Virus record (IMG/VR): IMGVR_UViG_3300032323_003202
Span: 7,077 to 71,076 of that record
Direction: 5' to 3' (one strand)
Length of the DNA stretch: 64,000 bases
From: a virus
The position numbers were made by a program, and so were the translations under genes. The notes beneath the pieces were generated by a model. The model was not told the DNA's origin and ran no database searches. It saw nothing but the letters and a program-made list of their open reading frames with translations. Of this stretch, positions 20,028 through 29,791 are shown piece by piece (position 1 is the stretch's first letter; each line of letters starts with the position of its first letter).

Positions 20028-23000
20028 TTATTTTTCTTTTTTCATAGTCAAATCTTCAAGTTCACCAGTTTTAAATCCTTGTTTGTCTAAAAATTCATCT
20101 AATTGAGATGTGTTTCTATTTATATTATTAAGTAAATCAATCATAATATCTAATTGTTGATAAGTTTCACCATATTTACTTTTAGGTTTATCTTTTTGAA
20201 TATTATCAGTTTTTTTCCCTTTACCTTCACCAACTACAGGACCTTTTTTTGTTTTATCTGTATCAAGTAGTTGAGCAAATACACTTCCTTTACTTTCAAG
20301 AGTGGTCATCATACTGGCAAATGCTTGTTCATTCATTGCTGCTAATACTGCCATATTACCTGTAAGTCTTCTTATTACATCTACTTTCTGACCATCAATA
20401 GAAGCTAATGCACCACCAAATTTTTTAAGTGCATTTGCCATTTTATCATATGCATTTGCCAACTTAACCATAGAGTTTGCAGTCCTTGATACTGGATCTA
20501 AACCAAATGCAGTTTTTAGTAAACCATCTTCTTCATTAATTTCACCTAACTTTTTAGCCAGTACTGCAAATCCAATTACATTTTTTGAAAGACTTTTCAT
20601 AAAATTTGGATCTATAACTTGATTGAATTTTCCCTTGGAAAGTATTGATGCAGTTTCAACTAATTTTCTTGCTACTCTACTTACTGAATTTAATTCTATC
20701 CAATCAGTATCTTCAAGAGATTTTACAATTCCTACAAAAGAAGTAATTGTGTATTTAATTGAATTAATCCATTCTTTCTTAGGATATGAATTCCATATAT
20801 TTGCTTTAACTGATGCAAATCTTTTTGCAACTGTTATTATGGCTTGAACTACAGAATTTATTCCATATACCATATCACCTGCTGCTTCTTTACCAGATGT
20901 AAACCATCCACTATTTTCACTCATATAAGTAAATATTGGTGCAAATGCTTGTAAGGCAGAACCAACATTCTCTCCCCATGTTTTTGAAGGTACTTTTGCT
21001 ATATCAAATAATGCAACATTATCAGAAAATTTTAATGCTGCTGCAATTATACCATCTGATATAGTCAAGATTCCTGATTTCATATCTTCTGGTGTAACTT
21101 TAGTACTAAAGAATCCACCACTACTTAATGCTGCATATACAGGTGCAAATGCTGATATTGCCATACCAACACCTTCTGCCCAAGCTTTAGATGGTCCACC
21201 TGAAAATGCTACTTTTACACCTGCAAAATAGTTTGCAGCATCAACAATTCCTTGAGATACTGTTCTTATTGCATTTGCAAAGTCTTCTGGTCCAACTCCA
21301 CCACCAAACAAACTCATTATTTTATTGGCTGCTAACATTGCATAAATTGGAGAGAATGCTCCTAATGCAAGTGCAATTCCACCTGCCCATTCTAATGTAG
21401 GACCACCTGTAAAATTACCTTTTGATAAAATTGCTGCAGAATCAACTATTGTTTGTGCTATCAATAAAACTGCTTCACCACCTGCAGTTAATGCTGCCAT
21501 TCCTAATCCAAAAGATAAAAGAATTACACTACCTAATCCTGCCATAGCCAAACCAAATGCAGTTAAACTAATACCAACACCTAAAGCCCATCCTAAACCA
21601 GGATAGTTTGCATATTTACCTTCTGATAAAATATAAGAAGTTGCTACTATAGTTGCTGCTACAACTAAAATGGCAACTGCCCCTGCTAAAATTGCAACAG
21701 CACCAATACCACTTGATGCAATTGTTCCTAATACAAGTGCAGCAGTACCAAATGCTATTAATGATAATCCAACACCTAAAGACCATTTCCAGTCTGGATA
21801 TTTACCTTCACTATAATCACCTAATCCTAAAATTAATGAAGTTGCCATTATTGTTGCTGCAATAATTAATATTGATATACCACCTTTAAGATAATCTTGA
21901 GGTTTTCCTATTGCATTTACTATAACTATACCTGCTGCCATTATTGCTACTGATATAGCTAGACAAACACTAAAAAATAAAATTTTAATCATTGACATGA
22001 ATGTTATTCCATCAATCTCTTTTCTGAAATTATAGAAAACTGCAGCAGAGAGTGCAATTGCAACTGCAATTAATGTAAACATAATTGGAACTTTAATCAA
22101 ATCATCTGTTGATAGATTACCCATCATTCTCATTGCAACTCCAATTATTACTAAAACAATACCCATTGCAGCACCTAAAATAAGAACTTTTAATAACATC
22201 ATAAATGTTACTTCATTTATTTCTTTTTTATAATTTGAGAATATCACTGCAGAGAGAGCAATTGCCAATGACATTAATGTAAAGAATATTGGAATTTTTG
22301 GAACATCCTTGTAATCCATCTTACTTATACTTTTAAGAATTTTCTCCATACCATAAGAAAGAACAACAAAAACTGCTGCAATCAATATGGCAGTTAATGC
22401 TTGTCCAAGACTTATAGGAGTTATAAAACTTAATATTACTGATGACGCTGCAATTGCCAATGCCATTGCTGGAAGAATAAGTACCATTACAAATGCAGAC
22501 TTCATTGCTTGCATAGGATCTAAACCTTTGAATGCCTTTATTAGTTTACCAATACCAAATGATATTACGGTAAACATACCTGCTATTAATATAGCTGTTA
22601 ATGCTTGTCCAAATGATATAGGTGTTATAAAACTTAATACAAAAGAAGATGCTGTTATTGCCATTGCCATTGCTGGAAGAATAAGTAACATTACAAATGA
22701 AGATTTCATTGCTTCTACTAAATCAACCCCTTTGAATGCTTTTATTAATTTACCAATTCCAAATGATATTACTGTAAACATACCTGCTATTAATATTGCA
22801 GTTATTGCTTGTCCAAATGATATAGGTGTTACCATTTTTAATATCCAAGATGATAAAGTTATTGCCATTGCCATTGCTGGAAGAATAAACATAATCACTA
22901 ATGAAGTCTTCATTGTTTGTACTGGATCCATACCTTCAAATGCCTTTACTAATTTACCAATACCAAATGATATTACTGTAAACATACCTGCTATTAATAT

Positions 23001-23576
23001 TGCAGTTAATGCCTGACCAAAACCTATAGGAGTTATAAAACTTAATATAAAAGAAGAAGCAGTTATTGCAAATGCCATTATTACCATAACATATGATGTA
23101 TTCACTGCTTGTTTTATTGGTATATTCATTTCTGCAATTTTCTCAAATGCTATGGATACTAAAACTATTGCTAATGAAAGTCCAACAACTGATAAGAAAT
23201 CTATACTACCAATCAATTTGAATGCAAGACCTATTGCAAGTACACCAACTGCAATTAATAAAATAGTAGAAACTCCCTTTTTCAGGTTACTTTCTGATTT
23301 TTCATCACCACCAACGTCTTCAATTACATTACTTTTCTTGTCTTTTTTCTTAGACATTTCTAATATAGTTTGTTGATTTTCAAGAATTTTAGTAGTATCT
23401 TTTTTAATTGATTTGATACCAACATTAATTTCTTTAATCTCAGTTGTGAAGTCACCACTTACTAAAGCATTGGTTGTTGCACTATTACTTTGCTGTCCTT
23501 TTTTCTCAAGTGCTTCAGCAATCATAACAAGAGCTTCTGATAAATTATCTAATCCATCTAATAACTTTTTATCCAT
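20028..23576 (-). CDS. Tape-measure-like, multi-hydrophobic-repeat protein
   Basis: 1182 aa, Ala/Gly/Ile-rich amphipathic and hydrophobic repeats; preceded by TAATATATAC. Confidence 0.65.
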   Translation of the reverse strand: MDKKLLDGLDNLSEALVMIAEALEKKGQQSNSATTNALVSGDFTTEIKEINVGIKSIKKDTTKILENQQTILEMSKKKDKKSNVIEDVGGDEKSESNLKKGVSTILLIAVGVLAIGLAFKLIGSIDFLSVVGLSLAIVLVSIAFEKIAEMNIPIKQAVNTSYVMVIMAFAITASSFILSFITPIGFGQALTAILIAGMFTVISFGIGKLVKAFEGMDPVQTMKTSLVIMFILPAMAMAITLSSWILKMVTPISFGQAITAILIAGMFTVISFGIGKLIKAFKGVDLVEAMKSSFVMLLILPAMAMAITASSFVLSFITPISFGQALTAILIAGMFTVISFGIGKLIKAFKGLDPMQAMKSAFVMVLILPAMALAIAASSVILSFITPISLGQALTAILIAAVFVVLSYGMEKILKSISKMDYKDVPKIPIFFTLMSLAIALSAVIFSNYKKEINEVTFMMLLKVLILGAAMGIVLVIIGVAMRMMGNLSTDDLIKVPIMFTLIAVAIALSAAVFYNFRKEIDGITFMSMIKILFFSVCLAISVAIMAAGIVIVNAIGKPQDYLKGGISILIIAATIMATSLILGLGDYSEGKYPDWKWSLGVGLSLIAFGTAALVLGTIASSGIGAVAILAGAVAILVVAATIVATSYILSEGKYANYPGLGWALGVGISLTAFGLAMAGLGSVILLSFGLGMAALTAGGEAVLLIAQTIVDSAAILSKGNFTGGPTLEWAGGIALALGAFSPIYAMLAANKIMSLFGGGVGPEDFANAIRTVSQGIVDAANYFAGVKVAFSGGPSKAWAEGVGMAISAFAPVYAALSSGGFFSTKVTPEDMKSGILTISDGIIAAALKFSDNVALFDIAKVPSKTWGENVGSALQAFAPIFTYMSENSGWFTSGKEAAGDMVYGINSVVQAIITVAKRFASVKANIWNSYPKKEWINSIKYTITSFVGIVKSLEDTDWIELNSVSRVARKLVETASILSKGKFNQVIDPNFMKSLSKNVIGFAVLAKKLGEINEEDGLLKTAFGLDPVSRTANSMVKLANAYDKMANALKKFGGALASIDGQKVDVIRRLTGNMAVLAAMNEQAFASMMTTLESKGSVFAQLLDTDKTKKGPVVGEGKGKKTDNIQKDKPKSKYGETYQQLDIMIDLLNNINRNTSQLDEFLDKQGFKTGELEDLTMKKEK
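22330..23060 (-). repeat. About 204-bp (68-aa) tandem repeat, 3-4 copies, in the tape-measure-like gene
   Basis: ITPISFGQALTAILIAGMFTVISFGIGKL recurs; AACATACCTGCTATTAATAT near 22573, 22777 and 22981. Confidence 0.85.
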
Positions 23577-23667
23577 AAAGTATATATTAAAAATATTAAT
23601 CCTTTTAACATTTTATAACTTTTTTACTATAATAGATAATTAATATATAAACAATAGAAATAATCAT

Positions 23668-24123
23668 ATGGAAATGGGAATCAAAAAAGTATTGAAGTAC
23701 TATTTACTTGGAGAATCTCTTAAAGAAATTGAGGTTAATAGAATATTAAATAAAGTTTCAAAAAAGAAGATTTTAACTGAAAGAGAAAAAAAATTTCTTG
23801 AACTTTATAATCATAAAAGTGATGATAAAGATTTGATGTATCTATCTAAGAATACTACTTGTGAAAGAGTTAAGTTCTTTTTAGATGGTGGTAAAAAAGT
23901 AATGTGTGATTTACATGATAGAAATGGTTTAATAGGTTTACCAGTTTTGGATGTAGTGAACAATTATGAAGATGATTTTGGTTTGATTATAATGAAAAAT
24001 GAAACACATCAATTAAATGATAGATTTCTTTATAACTTGATTTATAATAACAAGTTAAATAGATATTCATTACAAGAACAAGATGAATATTTTGAAAAAT
24101 TAGAAGTTAAAAATGGTGATTAA
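23668..24123 (+). CDS. Hypothetical protein
   Basis: ORF track; upstream AATATATA motif. Confidence 0.65.
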   Translation: MEMGIKKVLKYYLLGESLKEIEVNRILNKVSKKKILTEREKKFLELYNHKSDDKDLMYLSKNTTCERVKFFLDGGKKVMCDLHDRNGLIGLPVLDVVNNYEDDFGLIIMKNETHQLNDRFLYNLIYNNKLNRYSLQEQDEYFEKLEVKNGD

Positions 24124-24397
24124 AAAGTATAATGATTTTATAAAAGAAGAAGTCAGTGGTACTGAACTTATTGGTCCAATTGGACCTGCATATGGTGAAA
24201 CTAGACTACAAAATAAAACAATTAACTCATTTGATACTGATGTAATTTATAGTGAGATTGGTGGTAGAATTTATACAATGGATGAGTATAATCAAATGTA
24301 TCAAGATTATCTAAAAGCAGGTGGTGGTCCATTAGATGGTTTTAGTAAAGAAAACTTAGATACAATAGTCTCATTCTTTAATGATAAACAAGAATAA
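24113..24397 (+). CDS. Small protein with leader-like MVIKKYNDFIKE
   Basis: ORF track; variant of the shared N-terminal motif. Confidence 0.6.
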   Translation: MVIKKYNDFIKEEVSGTELIGPIGPAYGETRLQNKTINSFDTDVIYSEIGGRIYTMDEYNQMYQDYLKAGGGPLDGFSKENLDTIVSFFNDKQE

Positions 24398-24436
24398 AAA
24401 CAATATATACATTTGATATAAAAAAGAAATCAAATT

Positions 24437-25771
24437 ATGAGTAAATTAGTAACATTAAATGGTCTTGATGACCAAAAACTATTAGACACTTTGTTTAATG
24501 ATGAGATAGTAATATTTGAAGACATTCAAGGTTCAAAAATATGGGTTAGTTGGAATGGTAAAGAGTTTGTAATAAAACCAAAGTCATTATCATCAGAACC
24601 TATCAATATGGTTGACTTAGCAATGCAAAATTATTATAATCCTGCAATAAATTATTTTAATAGTTTAGATGACAGGGTAAAAAGTTTACTAAATAGAAAG
24701 TGGTCTTTTTGTTTTGAATACTTTCCTGATGAACAACCTGCCAATATTCAATATAATAGAGTTCCAAAGAATAAATTAGTTTTGACATCTATAAACAAAT
24801 CTGGTAAGTATGAATTCATATTAGAAGAGTTAGAAGAATTTGCAAGATTATTTGATGTTGATATTATACCAGTTGTATTCAAAGGTAAACTTACTGATAA
24901 AATGATTGAAGCAATTAAATACTTTATTAATACTGGTGAAGATGACTTAGAATATATTTTTGGTGAAAAATCATTTACATTCTTCTTTTATAAGATTTTG
25001 AATCCTATGTTACAAAATTCATTTTTAATGGTGGATGAGTTTCAAAAGAATATAGAAAAATTAATAATTAGAAGTAGTTCAAATGATACATCATTTGAGT
25101 TGTTGAATCCATTATACAGAAGATTAAGTGAGAATAATGACACTGAGTTTGTTGAAATATACACTTTAATATTACTTAACTTTCTTAATTTCTGTCAATC
25201 AGTTGATTTAGAACAGGTGAAACTTAAAGGTGATAAAAAAGATGAGATTTATATTTACTTGATATGTAAATTATTTAACATTTATATTTCAGAAGTTAAA
25301 TCTGATTTACTTGATTTTGATTTTATAGTTCCTCAATTTTTTGATAAAGATAAGTTTAAAATAAATACAGAACTAATTAACAATAAATTAACAAAAGAAT
25401 ACATAGATGAGAGTGATAAACTTGAATACATCTTCAAAGTTATATTAGGTTCATTTAATAGAAGAAAGAAAAAACCTATTGGAGTATTTACAGAGAATAC
25501 AGTTAAATTATTTAATGTATTTGTTGATTCTATTGATAATCATATTAATGATTATATGGGTAAAATGCAAGAGATTGAACTGACAAGATCAGGATTACTT
25601 GATTTTGCTGATTTCTTTGATATTAAGTATGATACTGATTCAGAAGGACAAGTTTATCCTGATGTTTATTCAGAATTTGAAAAAGGTGTTGAGAATGATA
25701 AAAAGAAAAAAGGAAAAGGTGGTAAACTACCAATTGAACCAATGACACAAACAAAAAAACCTACTTTATAG
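24437..25771 (+). CDS. RNA-ligase/nucleotidyltransferase-fold protein, probably catalytically dead
   Basis: FEDIQGS (cf. EKxDG), FCFEY, IIPVVFKG and EKLIIR in Rnl2-like order; no motif I Lys. Confidence 0.45.
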   Translation: MSKLVTLNGLDDQKLLDTLFNDEIVIFEDIQGSKIWVSWNGKEFVIKPKSLSSEPINMVDLAMQNYYNPAINYFNSLDDRVKSLLNRKWSFCFEYFPDEQPANIQYNRVPKNKLVLTSINKSGKYEFILEELEEFARLFDVDIIPVVFKGKLTDKMIEAIKYFINTGEDDLEYIFGEKSFTFFFYKILNPMLQNSFLMVDEFQKNIEKLIIRSSSNDTSFELLNPLYRRLSENNDTEFVEIYTLILLNFLNFCQSVDLEQVKLKGDKKDEIYIYLICKLFNIYISEVKSDLLDFDFIVPQFFDKDKFKINTELINNKLTKEYIDESDKLEYIFKVILGSFNRRKKKPIGVFTENTVKLFNVFVDSIDNHINDYMGKMQEIELTRSGLLDFADFFDIKYDTDSEGQVYPDVYSEFEKGVENDKKKKGKGGKLPIEPMTQTKKPTL

Positions 25772-25784
25772 TAGGTTTTTTTTT
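25753..25784. terminator. Bidirectional terminator
   Basis: A7-CCTACT-ttat-AGTAGG-T-tract. Confidence 0.8.
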
Positions 25785-26115
25785 ATCTAAGCCACCAGTC
25801 TCCACCTTTAACTTCTTCAAATCCTTTAACATCATGAATGTATTTATATACCCAACATTCAATATCACTTGATGTGTTTATTTTTGTTCTTATATACTCA
25901 TCACCTTCAAACTCATCCAGTACAGGAAATAATTCAGGATCAATTAAATAAACATCACCTAATACTTTACCTTTACCATCTATAAACCCTGGATAAAAAT
26001 CATTGACTTTGTATATTTTACCATTAATTGTTGCTTTTCCACAATAAATAGGATCCTGTAATAACTTTTTAGCAGTATCTCTAAACTGACCATACACAAA
26101 TAAATATTCTCTCAT
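25783..26115 (-). CDS. Gamma-glutamylcyclotransferase (AIG2/GGACT-like)
   Basis: LFVYG, YPG, V.G.VY, LDEFEG..Y.R, CWVY. Confidence 0.85.
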   Translation of the reverse strand: MREYLFVYGQFRDTAKKLLQDPIYCGKATINGKIYKVNDFYPGFIDGKGKVLGDVYLIDPELFPVLDEFEGDEYIRTKINTSSDIECWVYKYIHDVKGFEEVKGGDWWLR

Positions 26116-26147
26116 AAACTATATATTTAATTTTTGATATAAAATTT

Positions 26148-26357
26148 ATGAATGGGATAAATATAAGTATGAGAGAAGTTATTGTTAAGTCAGAATCAAG
26201 ACCACTTAGAACTAAGTGGACAACTGAATTATCAACTGACTTAGATACATATATTAATAGTGATGTATCTGATGAGTTAGAAAGATTATTAGCCAATGAA
26301 ATTAGAAGAGAAATGAGAAAGAAAAAAATAGAAAAAATCTTGAAACATATTGCTTAA
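26148..26357 (+). CDS. Small hypothetical protein with C-terminal RKKKIEKIL motif
   Basis: ORF track. Confidence 0.55.
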   Translation: MNGINISMREVIVKSESRPLRTKWTTELSTDLDTYINSDVSDELERLLANEIRREMRKKKIEKILKHIA

Positions 26358-26373
26358 TTTTCATATAAAAACT

Positions 26374-27609
26374 ATGTATATTGAGAACAAAATCACTAAT
26401 AAAATACCAAGCCAAATAGTATCTAAGAGAGTAGAAGATAAAACTTTTACACTTCAATTTTTACCAGAATGTTTATATCATATTGAGAATATAAAAACTA
26501 TAAATTATAAAGAAACAAAACTAAAAACAGACTATTTAATTGATATAATTCATAGTCTAATTTTAAAGTATTATTTTAAGAAAGAAAATAGATTTGCAAT
26601 TAATGCCACTGTGTTAAAGGATAAGTATGGTTACTTATACAACTATTATATAAATTATTTAATTGATAATAACATAATTGCACTTATGACACAATATCAA
26701 ACAGGTGTTACTTCAAGAATATATTCATTGGATGATAGTATTTTTACCTCTAAAATTAAGAGGTATAAAAACTATGACAAAGTTCTTTTAAGAAAGTATA
26801 AGGGTAAATTTGTTGAAATGGTTGGAAGTTCTATTGATGAGAAAGAATCATTAATTGATATTGATGTTAAAGAAAAGTTAGTTTCTGATTTATTTAGTGT
26901 TAATATTGAGTTTGATAGAGCAATATTTTTCTTAGACTCATTGAAGTATCAAGATTATGATATTTATAACAGAAATGTTTACTCTGTTGAGTGTATAAAT
27001 AATAAACATATCTTTTATCACTTTGATGCTTATGGTAGAATGCATACTAATTACACAATATTGAAATCATTTATTAGAAAGAATTGTTTAATGATTGATG
27101 GTGAAGAAACTTGTGAAATTGATATACAGAATAGTCAACCTTTATTCTTGAGTAAATTAATTGAAGAGTCTGATAGTAAATGGGTAAGAGAAGATGAGTT
27201 TGAGTTGTTCAGAGAATTAACAACAAATGGTTATTATTATCAGTATGTTATGGAACAAACTGGAGAAGAAGATAAGAGAAGTGTTAAAGAAATGACCTAT
27301 AAAGTTTTATTTGGTAGAAATGTTGTAAATAGTAAGGCAGATAAGTTTTTCAAGACATTATTTCCAACAATTCATAATTTTATTAAATTGTATAAGAAAG
27401 AACATGGTGATTATAAAATTTTGGCTTATGATTTACAAAAAGCTGAATCTAATTTAATATTCAATAAAATGATTAAGACAATAATGAATCTTCATCCTGA
27501 AATAAAAATAATTACAATACATGATAGTATTGTTGTTCAAAAAAAATATAGAGATATTGTGAATAATATCTTTCAAAGTGAAATAAGTAAAGAATTTAAT
27601 TTAATATAA
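26374..27609 (+). CDS. Minimal family-A polymerase-like palm protein
   Basis: YGRMHT, EIDIQNSQP (motif A-like), K..TYKVLFG (motif B-like), LQKAES, TIHDSI (motif C); no exonuclease domain. Confidence 0.55.
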   Translation: MYIENKITNKIPSQIVSKRVEDKTFTLQFLPECLYHIENIKTINYKETKLKTDYLIDIIHSLILKYYFKKENRFAINATVLKDKYGYLYNYYINYLIDNNIIALMTQYQTGVTSRIYSLDDSIFTSKIKRYKNYDKVLLRKYKGKFVEMVGSSIDEKESLIDIDVKEKLVSDLFSVNIEFDRAIFFLDSLKYQDYDIYNRNVYSVECINNKHIFYHFDAYGRMHTNYTILKSFIRKNCLMIDGEETCEIDIQNSQPLFLSKLIEESDSKWVREDEFELFRELTTNGYYYQYVMEQTGEEDKRSVKEMTYKVLFGRNVVNSKADKFFKTLFPTIHNFIKLYKKEHGDYKILAYDLQKAESNLIFNKMIKTIMNLHPEIKIITIHDSIVVQKKYRDIVNNIFQSEISKEFNLI

Positions 27610-27622
27610 AAATATATAGAGT

Positions 27623-27775
27623 ATGAAAACATTTTATCTAAAAACAAAGACTTCTGATGAAGTTATTAAAAAAGGAAATTTTCCATCAAAGGACTTGGCA
27701 ATTGAATATTTTGCAGAAATAAAACAAATGAGTATGGGTAAACTATTAGAGATATTTAGAGTTACTACTAAATAA
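27623..27775 (+). CDS. 50-aa hypothetical protein (not in ORF track)
   Basis: MKTFYLKTKTSDEVIKKGNFPSKDLAIEYFAEIKQMSMGKLLEIFRVTTK*; AATATATAG immediately upstream. Confidence 0.6.
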   Translation: MKTFYLKTKTSDEVIKKGNFPSKDLAIEYFAEIKQMSMGKLLEIFRVTTK

Positions 27776-27791
27776 ATTTAATATATAGTTT

Positions 27792-28328
27792 ATGAACTTA
27801 GAAAATCCTCAAATATCATATTTATTAATATCATCTAATAAGTTGGATGATATTATATCTGTATTATATTCAAGAGATTACCAAATACTAGAAATGAAGA
27901 ACTATGAATCAGGAGTATTTAATGATTCAATTTTGGCATATGGTACTATTGATAGTGATTCATTAAGAAGTGATATTATATTTTTACTTGATAAGTTTGA
28001 TGTTAAATCTGCTATTATAAAGTATAAAGGTGAGAATAAACCAAGAAGAATATCTAATACAGGTTCAGAAAAGATATTAGGAGTAACTAAGTATAATGAA
28101 AATTGTGATAGTTCATATATTTACAAAGGAATGTCATTTTCATTTTTTGAAGAAAAAAGATATTGGATACCAAAACAAAAAGAAGATTTTAGAGTTGGTA
28201 TGATTGTTGAATACTTCAATAACAATCAATGGAATGAAAAGTTAGTTGAGAATCCTAATGAAGAATGGGATAGTATGTATAAACTAATGTTAAAATATGA
28301 TAAAATAAGAGTTCTATCAAGAAACTAA
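27792..28328 (+). CDS. Hypothetical protein
   Basis: ORF track; AATATATAG 3 nt upstream of the ATG. Confidence 0.7.
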   Translation: MNLENPQISYLLISSNKLDDIISVLYSRDYQILEMKNYESGVFNDSILAYGTIDSDSLRSDIIFLLDKFDVKSAIIKYKGENKPRRISNTGSEKILGVTKYNENCDSSYIYKGMSFSFFEEKRYWIPKQKEDFRVGMIVEYFNNNQWNEKLVENPNEEWDSMYKLMLKYDKIRVLSRN

Positions 28329-28350
28329 AAACCACTCAATGAGTGGTTTT
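28327..28350. terminator. Bidirectional terminator
   Basis: AAAAACCACTC-aat-GAGTGGTTTT. Confidence 0.8.
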
Positions 28351-28352
28351 AT

Positions 28353-29162
28353 TTATTTTATCCAGAACCATTTCATGGTCTTTTCCCAAGATTGTGGTGT
28401 TTCTACCATATAATACATTGAATCATTAGGTTTTAATATAACATTAAGTCCTACTCCTGCTGTATTTTCAGTTCTCATAACAATTATCTTATCAGGATCA
28501 ATGAAAGGTGTTACTATAAGATTCATACCACCAAGTATAGATGTATTATTATCAATTATTTGTTCATAACCCTGAATATATTGTATAACATTTTTACCAA
28601 CTATAACAGTATTTGCAATACCTTTAGCACTTTCCATTGCAATAAAATTACTACACATTGTAATTTTTGTTAAAACTCTTCTTTTAAATGATTCAAATGA
28701 ATCTAAACCATTATAAGTTGGTATGGTAAGATTTAAAGTATTACCAGGTAACTTAGCAATTGAAGTAGGTACATTTTTAGTTAAACTTTCTAACTTATTA
28801 AATACTTCATATTCTAAATCTTTGAAAGATGTAAATTTCTGAGCTCTTGTATTTACTGTGAATAATTTTGGACTTATTGTTGGATATGATCCAAACCCAG
28901 TGTTAGGTAAATTATTTCTATTTTCCCATTCAATTTCATCTTTTTCATCTAAAATGATGTCAATTGCTAATTCTCTGTTTTCTCTTTTTAACTCTCTGAG
29001 TTGAGCATCTTCATCTTCTGTAATCATATCTATATAACTTAGTGAGATTGATGGTAGATAAGGATTTTTAGTATCTTCTGTATAGTTACAGATTTTTTCT
29101 ATATTTGTTTTCATTATACTTTTAATCTTTCTTCTAAAGCAAGTAATTTCCTTTTGTTCCAA
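28353..29162 (-). CDS. Protein containing a partial major-capsid-protein (A-domain-like) paralog
   Basis: KRRVLTKITMCSNFIAMESAKGIANTVIV aligns by eye with MCP QRKLITRIAHASNYIATEGRVGPAQYLIT. Confidence 0.6.
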   Translation of the reverse strand: MEQKEITCFRRKIKSIMKTNIEKICNYTEDTKNPYLPSISLSYIDMITEDEDAQLRELKRENRELAIDIILDEKDEIEWENRNNLPNTGFGSYPTISPKLFTVNTRAQKFTSFKDLEYEVFNKLESLTKNVPTSIAKLPGNTLNLTIPTYNGLDSFESFKRRVLTKITMCSNFIAMESAKGIANTVIVGKNVIQYIQGYEQIIDNNTSILGGMNLIVTPFIDPDKIIVMRTENTAGVGLNVILKPNDSMYYMVETPQSWEKTMKWFWIK

Positions 29163-29791
29163 GTTTCTTGATCAACTTGCCACTTTAAATGATATTGTTG
29201 GTCTGCTTGATCTGGTTGTCTTAATCCAGCTGAGTGATGAACATGTAGAAATTGAACTCCATCATGATATCCATTTATTATCATTCCTAAATCTTTACAA
29301 TTTAAAAATAACTCACAATCTGAAAACATATGATTATATGCAGGATGATATATTACTTTATTTATTTTTTTCAAACAACCATAACTCATAAGAGGTATTG
29401 TTATACAAGGATCAATCATATTTGAAGAATCTTCTAATTGATAACCATCTGGAACAAATAGACATCCATCTTGGTCTTTAAATTTATTTACAAGATAAGT
29501 GTCCCAACTATCAGGTGGTAGAAAGTCATCTGATGCAAAAACTACAACATCTGAATCATTTTCACATTCTAAAGTTGAACTTAGTATATATGATGGATAA
29601 CAAACTCCTATTTTATCTGTATTTACAACTTTTACCTCAACTGGATAGTCTTTTAAAAATTCTTTATGTTCTTCCCAGTTTACTGCAACAATAGTTCTTA
29701 TATTCTCTTTATTATCTGCCTTTTCCATCCACTTCTGATGAAAATTTTTAAATTGTGTTGGTCTAATAGTACACCAAAGTATAGTTATCAT
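29114..29791 (-). CDS. GT-A fold glycosyltransferase
   Basis: ITILWCTIRP, VVFASDDF (DxD-like), YNHMFSD, HVHH. Confidence 0.75.
   Translation of the reverse strand: MITILWCTIRPTQFKNFHQKWMEKADNKENIRTIVAVNWEEHKEFLKDYPVEVKVVNTDKIGVCYPSYILSSTLECENDSDVVVFASDDFLPPDSWDTYLVNKFKDQDGCLFVPDGYQLEDSSNMIDPCITIPLMSYGCLKKINKVIYHPAYNHMFSDCELFLNCKDLGMIINGYHDGVQFLHVHHSAGLRQPDQADQQYHLKWQVDQETWNKRKLLALEERLKV

Noticed and set aside
20623-23643. Plus-strand ORFs antisense to the tape-measure-like gene (and similar shadows at 4242, 19081, 43571, 51855, 54406, 55331, 58299)
   Set aside because: They are shadow frames of well-supported genes and carry no motifs.
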